From Antedon mediterranea (Eukaryota > Animalia > Echinodermata): a DNA stretch of 64,000 bases. Each line of letters starts with the position of its first letter. Position 1 is the first letter of the stretch. Below are positions 61,447 to 64,000 of the stretch, piece by piece. The stretch lies in the NCBI RefSeq assembly GCF_964355755.1, contig NC_092673.1, positions 17,853,648 to 17,917,647 of the forward strand, given 5' to 3'. The position numbers and the translations under genes are program-made. Below the pieces are notes generated by a model, which was not told where the DNA came from, searched no databases, and saw only the letters and a program-made list of their open reading frames with translations.

Positions 61447-62065
61447 AGATAGTTCACTTGTTCTAAAAATTAGTTCGCTGTTCTAAAAATTATTTCACTG
61501 TTCTAAAAATTAGTTCACTTGTTCGGAAAATTAGTTCACTGTTCTAAAAATAAGTTCTCTTGTTCTGAAAATTAGTTCACTTGTTCGGAAAATTAGTTCA
61601 CTTGTTCGGAAAATTAGTTCACTTGTTCTGAAAATTAGTTCACTTGTTCGGAAAATTAGTTCACTTGTTCGGAAAATTAGTTCACTTGTTCGGAAAATTT
61701 GCTCACTCTTTCTGTAGTTTGTTCACTTTTCTATGTTCACTTTTCTATGTTCACTTTTCTATGTTCACTTTTCTATGTTCACTTTTCTATGTTCACTTTT
61801 CTATGTTCACTTTTCTATGTTCACTTTTCTATGTTCACTTTTCTATGTTCACTTTTCTATGGTCACTTTTCTATGTTCACTTTTCTATGTTCACTTTTCT
61901 ATGTTCACTTTTCTATGTTCACTTTTTCTATGTTCACTTTTTCTATGTTCACTTTTTCTATGTTCACTTTTTCTATGTTCACTTTTTCTATGTTCACTTT
62001 TTCTGTGTTCACTTTTTCTGTGTTCAGTTTTCTTTGTTCAGTTTTTCTTTGTTCACTTTGTCTTC
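61447..62065. repeat. Compound minisatellite: 21-bp (gttcacttgttcggaaaatta), then 14-bp (gttcacttttctat), then 15-bp units
   Basis: Read directly; the peptide periodicities LFGKLVH, MFTFLCSLFYVHFS and YVHFF confirm the unit sizes. Confidence 0.95.
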
Positions 62066-64000
62066 ACTTGTACTGTATTTACTTGTATTAACTTGTAATT
62101 AATTTGTATGTATGGTTTTGTTTATTTTCTATATTTAGTTGGCTTTAATTGTGGTTATGTGTGCTGTGTCTTCCAAAGTTTGGCAGATCGGGTTTTCAAA
62201 ACTGGAAAATAAAATGAAAACAATAATCAATTTGGTTTATTTAACATTGTGAAAGTGACAATCCAAGCCGTAGTTTGTGGTTGGATCAATTGAAGGGTGT
62301 CGAGTGGGCAAGTGGCCAACCATATGTGTTATGTTAATGTGGGTGTAGGTAGCTTAGGCTCACGTAAACATAAAAGGGTTACTTTGAAGCCTAAAGTTGG
62401 CTGACCACCAATAGAAATGGTAGTTGTACTATGGGTTACTTAGAAGGTTATTAGTACAGTAGTAATCACAGTAATTGAGCTATAGCTATAGCTTCACTTG
62501 TTACGCAGACATCTCTTTGGTAAGCACTTGAGACTTGTTTTATTTATTTCATATAGGTTTATTATTATTACACAACACACAATTATTTATATTGTATTGT
62601 TTTATCATGACAATTTGAAATGTAAGGTATACAGTGTATAATAGATACCGTAGATATTTTTCTATATTTATTGCTTATTTGTTATAGTAAATCAAATTGA
62701 TGTCCCCGTTCGCAAGATACAAACGTTATACATAGGTTTAGAATATTGAATTCAGTTTAGTTAATAACTACTTTAAGCATGGTCCTCCTACAGGCGATAA
62801 TTATATACTGTGAAAGGTAAACTGCAGTAAGGAATTGGTAATTAGAAAGAAATGTGGCCTTTGCAAATATGGGACTTAAGCAAAGTTAGGTAAAAGTGAA
62901 ATTGCCTGTATTTCGTACACTTACCGTATCAAACTTCCGTTGCACGAGTCACACACCTGTAAGGGAAAAAGAACGGAATAATTAGATGTTTCCGTGCAAA
63001 CTAATTTTTCATAGCCAAATACAATGCAGCAGTCCCTAATGATGTACCTCACCTACAGTATCTAAACCACCTTTATAAAACAATGTTGAAATATGATAAT
63101 GAAATTTGAAGTACCATTTTCATTATGACCAAAGAAACTGAAGGGTCTTATAAACGCCACATCTTCCCTCCTCCATTTTTGATGTTATTGGCGTATAACA
63201 GTCCATGCATACCTAATAAATATAGGATTCTCCTGTTTACAAATAATAGGCAGGACAGGAAGTCCCGGTGTTGTGCAGCTGTGATAAGGTAATAACGGTG
63301 AGCGCTTATTTTGATGTAGTCTTTGTCATGTGGTCTTGAAAAACAAGTCGATACACCATAGGATGTAGTAATTCAATAGAAATGCTCATCTAGTAGGCCT
63401 GGTTGGGTTAATTAGGTGCAGTAAGTAGTTTGGTATGGAAATGATGACGTTTGATTGTGACTTTCTGCGACGCACCTTGGTATTTAGGCTTTGAAAGCCC
63501 TATGTATGACTGTACAGTTCACCGCTAATAAACGCTCCTTTTTATAAGTTTAAAATGCTGCAGGCCGTTTATTTAAACACAATACACGATCTGTACCTAA
63601 TATTCTAACAATGTGAACCATACTAATATTACCGTACCTTTCTACTGTAATCACAATAACGTACAGTCGTGCCAAGTACACTAATCAAACATTAACAACT
63701 GCAAATGAAAAACAACAGAATTGTAAGGTTTAACGGAACCAAAGTTAATAGCCAAATATAATGTCAACAATCCCCAATGATTAAATGCAACTGAAAAAAA
63801 ACTCAATAATAATATTAGTTGAAAACAAAGCCACCAGTCTCGCGATGGGAATGGAGTAGCACAATAATATCAATAAATTGTATGTGCCACATTTATGTAC
63901 CATGCCATAGGCCTCATCATTTACAATGTGGAGGTGTTCTATAAATAACATGTTTAGCTATTTATCGTAAATTGTTATCGTGGTATAAGAAGTATCAAAA

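Noticed and set aside
61644-62102. Phe-rich membrane protein ORFs
   Set aside because: Translations of the 21/14/15-bp repeats.

Overview
AT-rich animal genomic DNA, probably from a marine invertebrate. It has GT-AG introns and no prokaryotic features. (1) A multi-exon + strand host gene (2581-26974, 5' part upstream of the window) encodes a Roco protein: Roc GTPase, COR, then two tandem death-effector-like domains. (2) Its 14-kb intron holds a 7.5-kb Chapaev-type DNA transposon (12765-20282, AGTA target duplication). Its decayed transposase appears co-linear with RAG1. Its two ends read heptamer-12 bp-nonamer and heptamer-22 bp-nonamer, like a 12/23 RSS pair; this is the top finding. The same intron holds a 58-bp satellite. 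(3) A very young pol-less LTR element (29607-36672, - strand) carries gag, a spliced PHD exon and an intact TatD-like ORF with substituted catalytic residues. (4) A nested cluster of non-autonomous Helentron-type elements occupies 38884-47880. (5) A near-intact autonomous Helentron (52214-61364, - strand) encodes PHD, viral-tegument-type DUB, OTU, Rep, PIF1 and endonuclease domains. LINE remnants, MITEs and minisatellites fill the rest. All calls come from reading motifs by eye; no searches were run.
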